Part shown: piece by piece, positions 60,601-64,000 of the stretch
Numbering within the stretch: the first letter of the stretch is position 1
Layout: every line of letters begins with the position of its first letter
Assembly (NCBI RefSeq): GCF_020745735.1
Contig: NC_083421.1
Coordinates: 10,400,248-10,464,247 of the forward strand
Source of the DNA: Hemiscyllium ocellatum
Taxonomy: Eukaryota
DNA: 64,000 nucleotides
Direction: 5' to 3'
Translations under genes and position numbers: made by a program
The notes under the pieces: model-generated
The model's input: the letters and a program-made list of their open reading frames with translations, nothing else
The model's database searches: none
Told to the model about the DNA's origin: nothing

Positions 60601-63600
60601 CATTGTCAGGGGGGTCGGTACTGAGGGAGTGCTTCATTATCAGAGGGTCAGTATTGAGGGAGCACTATTGAGGGAATGCCACCCTGTCAGAGGTTCTGTA
60701 GTGAGGGAGTGCAACACTGTCAAAGGGTCAGTACAGAGGGAGTGCAATACTGTCAGAGGGTCAGTACTGAGTGAGTGCTGCACTGTCAGAGGGTCAGTAC
60801 TGAGTGAGTGCTGCACTGTTAGAGGGTCAGTACTGTGGATCCGTCGAAATGTCAGAGGGTCAGTATGGATGGAATACCGCACTGTCAAAGTTTCATTACA
60901 GTACAGTACCACGCTGTCAGAGAGTCACTACTGGGGGAGTGCTGCACTGTCAGAGAGGCATTAGCAAGAGAGTGTCACACTGTCAGAGGGTCAGTACTGA
61001 GGGAATGCTGCACTGAAATGGGTGCAGGACCGAGGGATTGTCGCACTGTTAGACTGGCAGCACAGAGGGAGTGCTAAACTGTCAGAGGGTCAATACTGAG
61101 GGAGTGTCACACTGTCAGAGGAACAGTACTGAGGGAGTGTCACACTGTCGGAGGGTCAGTACTGAGGGAGTGTCACACTGTCGCAGGGTCAGTACTGAGG
61201 GAGTGTCACACTGGCAGAGAAACAGTACTGAGGGAGTGTCACACTGTCGGAGGGTCAGGACGAATGGAGTGCTGCACTCTCGGAGGGTCAGAAGTGAGGG
61301 AACTCCACACTGTCAGAGTGTCAGCATAGACAGAGTGCTGCACTGTTAGAGGATCAGTACTGAGTGTGTGCTGCACTGTTAGAGGGTCAGTACCGGGGGA
61401 GTGCAGCATTGTCAGAGGTTCAGTATGCAGGAGTGCAACAAAATTAAAGTGTCAGTACTGAGGGAGTGCTGCATTGGCAGAGGGTCAGCACTGACAAAAC
61501 ACCTCACTGTCAGAGGGTCAGCACTGAGGAAGTGCTCATTCTCGGAGGGTCAATAAGGAGGGAGTGCTGCACGGTTGGTCGGTCAGTAAGGAGGGAATGG
61601 CGCACTGACGGAGCAAGAGCACTGTGAGAGGTCTGTATTGGGGGAGTGGCAAACTGTCAAAGGTTTAGTCCTCAGGGAATGCTACACTGTCAGAGGGTCA
61701 GTAATGAGAGAGTGCTGCACCATCAGAGGGTCAGTACTGTGAGAGTGCTTCACTGTCAGACGGTCAATACCAAGGGAGTGCTGCAATGTCAGAGGGTCGG
61801 TACTGACGGAGTGCTGCAACATGAGAGGGTCAGTACTGAGGGAGCACTCCACTGTCTGTGGGTCTGTACTGAGGGAGCATTATACTGTGAAAGAGTCAGT
61901 ACCGAGGGAATGCTGCACTGTCAGAGGGTCAGTACTGAGGGAGTGATGCACTGTCAGAGGATCAGTACTGAGGGAGTGATGCACTGTCTGAGTGTCAGTC
62001 CCAGGGAAAGGCCACACTGTCAGAGGTCAGTAATGAGGGAGGACCTCACTGTCAGGGGGTCATTACTGAGTGAGTGCTGTACTGTCAGAGGGTCAGTACT
62101 GAGTGAGTGCTGTACTGTCAGAGCGTCAGTCCTGGGGGAGTGCACACTGTCAGAGGGTCAGTACTGAGGGAGTGCGGCACTGTCAGAGAGTCAGCACTGA
62201 CGGTGTGCTGCATTGCCCAAGGAAGAGTACTGACAAAACACCTCATTGTCGGAGGTTCAGAACTGAGGCAGTGCTGCACTATCAGAGGCTCAGTACTGAG
62301 GGAGTGTTAAACTGTCAGAGGGTCAGTCCTGAGGCAGCACCACACTGTCAGTGGGTAAGTACTGAGGGAGTGTCGCACTGTCGGAGAGTCCGTACTGAGG
62401 GATCAACACACATTTAGAGGGTCGGTGCTGAGGGAATGCTGCACTGTGAGAGGGTCAGTACTGAGGGAGTGTCGCATTGTCTGAGGGTCAGTACTGAGGG
62501 AGAACTACACTGTGAGAGGGTCAGAACTGAGGGAGTGCTGCATTGTCAGAGGGTCAGTACTGAGGGAAACCTCAACGTCAGAGGGTCTTTACTCGAAGAT
62601 TGCTGCACTGCCACATGGTCAGTACCGAGGGAATACTGCAACATGAGAGCGTTAGTACTGAGGGAATGCTGCACTGTTAGATGGTCAGTGCTGAGGGAGC
62701 ACTCCAATGTCAGAGATTTTGTACTGAGGGAGCGGTTTACTCTCAGAGGGTCAGTACTGAGGGAGTGCTGCACTGTTGGAGGGTCAGGACTGAGGCAGTG
62801 CTGCACTGTTGAAGGGTCAGTACTATGGAAGGGTTGCACTCTCGGAGGGTTAGTAGTGTGGGAGTGGGATACTGTCAGAGGGTCAGTATTGAGAATGTGG
62901 CACACTACTGGAGAGTCAATACTCAGGGAGCACCACGCAATCAAAGGGTCAGTATGGAGACAGTGCCTCACTGTTGGAGTGTCAGTACTGAGAGAGTTCA
63001 TCACTGTCAGAGGGTCAGTATGGGGCAGTGCCGCATTGTCACTGACTTTCCAAACTGTGGCACACCCTCAGTACTGATCCTCTGTCAGATCGCCATGCAC
63101 TCAGTGCTGAGGGAGTGCCACACATTTGGAAAGACAGTATTGAGGGAGTGGTGCACTGCCAGAGGGTCAGTACAAAGGATGTGCCGAACTATCGGAGGTG
63201 AGTTACTGAGGGAGCACTGCACTGTCAAAGGGTGAGAAGTGAGGGAATGCACGCTGTCAGTGGGTCAGAACTGAGGGAGTACCACATTGTCAGAGGATCA
63301 GTATTGAGGGAGTGTTACACTGTTAGTGGGTCAGTACTGAGGTTGTACCGCATTGCCAGAGGATCAGTATTGAGGGAGTGTTACACTGCCAGAGGTCAGT
63401 ACTGAGGGAGTGCTAAACTGTCAAAGGGTCAGTACAAAACGAGCACTGCACTATTGAAGGGTCATTACTGAGGGAGAACAACACTGTCGTAGCGTCAGTG
63501 CTGAGGGAGTGCTGCACTGTCAGAGGGTCAGCACAGAGGGAGTGCTGCACTGTCAGAGGGCCGTACAGAGGGAGTGCAGCATTATCGGAGAGTCGTACAG

Positions 63601-64000
63601 AGGAAGTGCTGCACTGTCGGAGGGTCATACGGAGGTCTGTACTGAAGGAGTGTCACACTGTCAGAGGTTAAGTCCTCAATGAATGCTACCTTGTCAGAGG
63701 GTCAGTACTGATGGTCAGTACTGAGGGACTGCTACGCTGCCAGAGTGATAGTACTGAGGGGGTGCTGCACTGTCAGAGGTGCAGGACAGAGGGAGTTGCC
63801 GCACTGTCGGTGTCAGTACTGATGGAATGCCGCATTGTTGGAGTGTCAGCACTGAGGGATAGCCCCACTGAGGGAGGGCCGCACTGTCAGGAGTTTAGTA
63901 CTGAGGGAGGGCCGCACTGTCAGGAGTTTAATACTGAGGGAGGGCCTCACTATTGGACTGTCAGCACTGACGAAGGGCCGCACTGTCAAGAATTTAGTAC
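57635..64000. repeat. 33-bp satellite array (consensus GAGGGAGTGCTGCACTGTCAGAGGGTCAGTACT), running off the window end
   Basis: About 190 diverged units. The 33-nt period explains the repetitive RECCTVRGSVL / LHCQRVSTEGV / DPLTVQHSLST ORFs. Confidence 0.96.

Noticed and set aside
57498-63628. Numerous Cys/His-rich ORFs (RECCTVRGSVL, LHCQRVSTEGV) resembling zinc-finger or metallothionein repeats
   Set aside because: They are translations of the 33-bp satellite in several frames on both strands, with frequent stops and no C2H2 spacing or splice structure.
57635-64000. CRISPR-like regular repeat
   Set aside because: Head-to-tail satellite with no unique spacers, in eukaryotic DNA, with no cas genes.

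Overview
Cartilaginous-fish (shark, probably carpet/bamboo-shark-like; inference) genomic DNA. It holds one complete immunoglobulin mu heavy-chain cluster on the minus strand (about 25.1 kb down to 4.75 kb): TATA promoter, leader exon, an already-joined V(D)J exon with no RSS, Cmu1-Cmu4 with secretory tail, and TM1/TM2. The gene looks like a germline-joined pseudogene. The VDJ junction is 1 nt out of frame, FR2 has lost about 9 codons, Cys104 is Phe, and Cmu4 has two 1-nt deletions. Leader, Cmu1-3, TM1, TM2 and all splice sites are intact. The rest of the window is repeat-rich: many CR1-type LINE fragments (one near-full ORF1-esterase/APE/RT complex rearranged by inversion and nested insertion), HE1-like tRNA SINEs, and Penelope-like elements (GIY-YIG, RT). 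The Penelope terminal repeats carry minimal hammerhead-ribozyme motifs, and several occur as short TSD-flanked fold-back mini-elements. Also present are a ~570-bp inverted duplication upstream of the V promoter, several minisatellites, and a 33-bp satellite with higher-order structure filling 57.6-64 kb. All calls are by eye; repeat boundaries are approximate and no database search was run.
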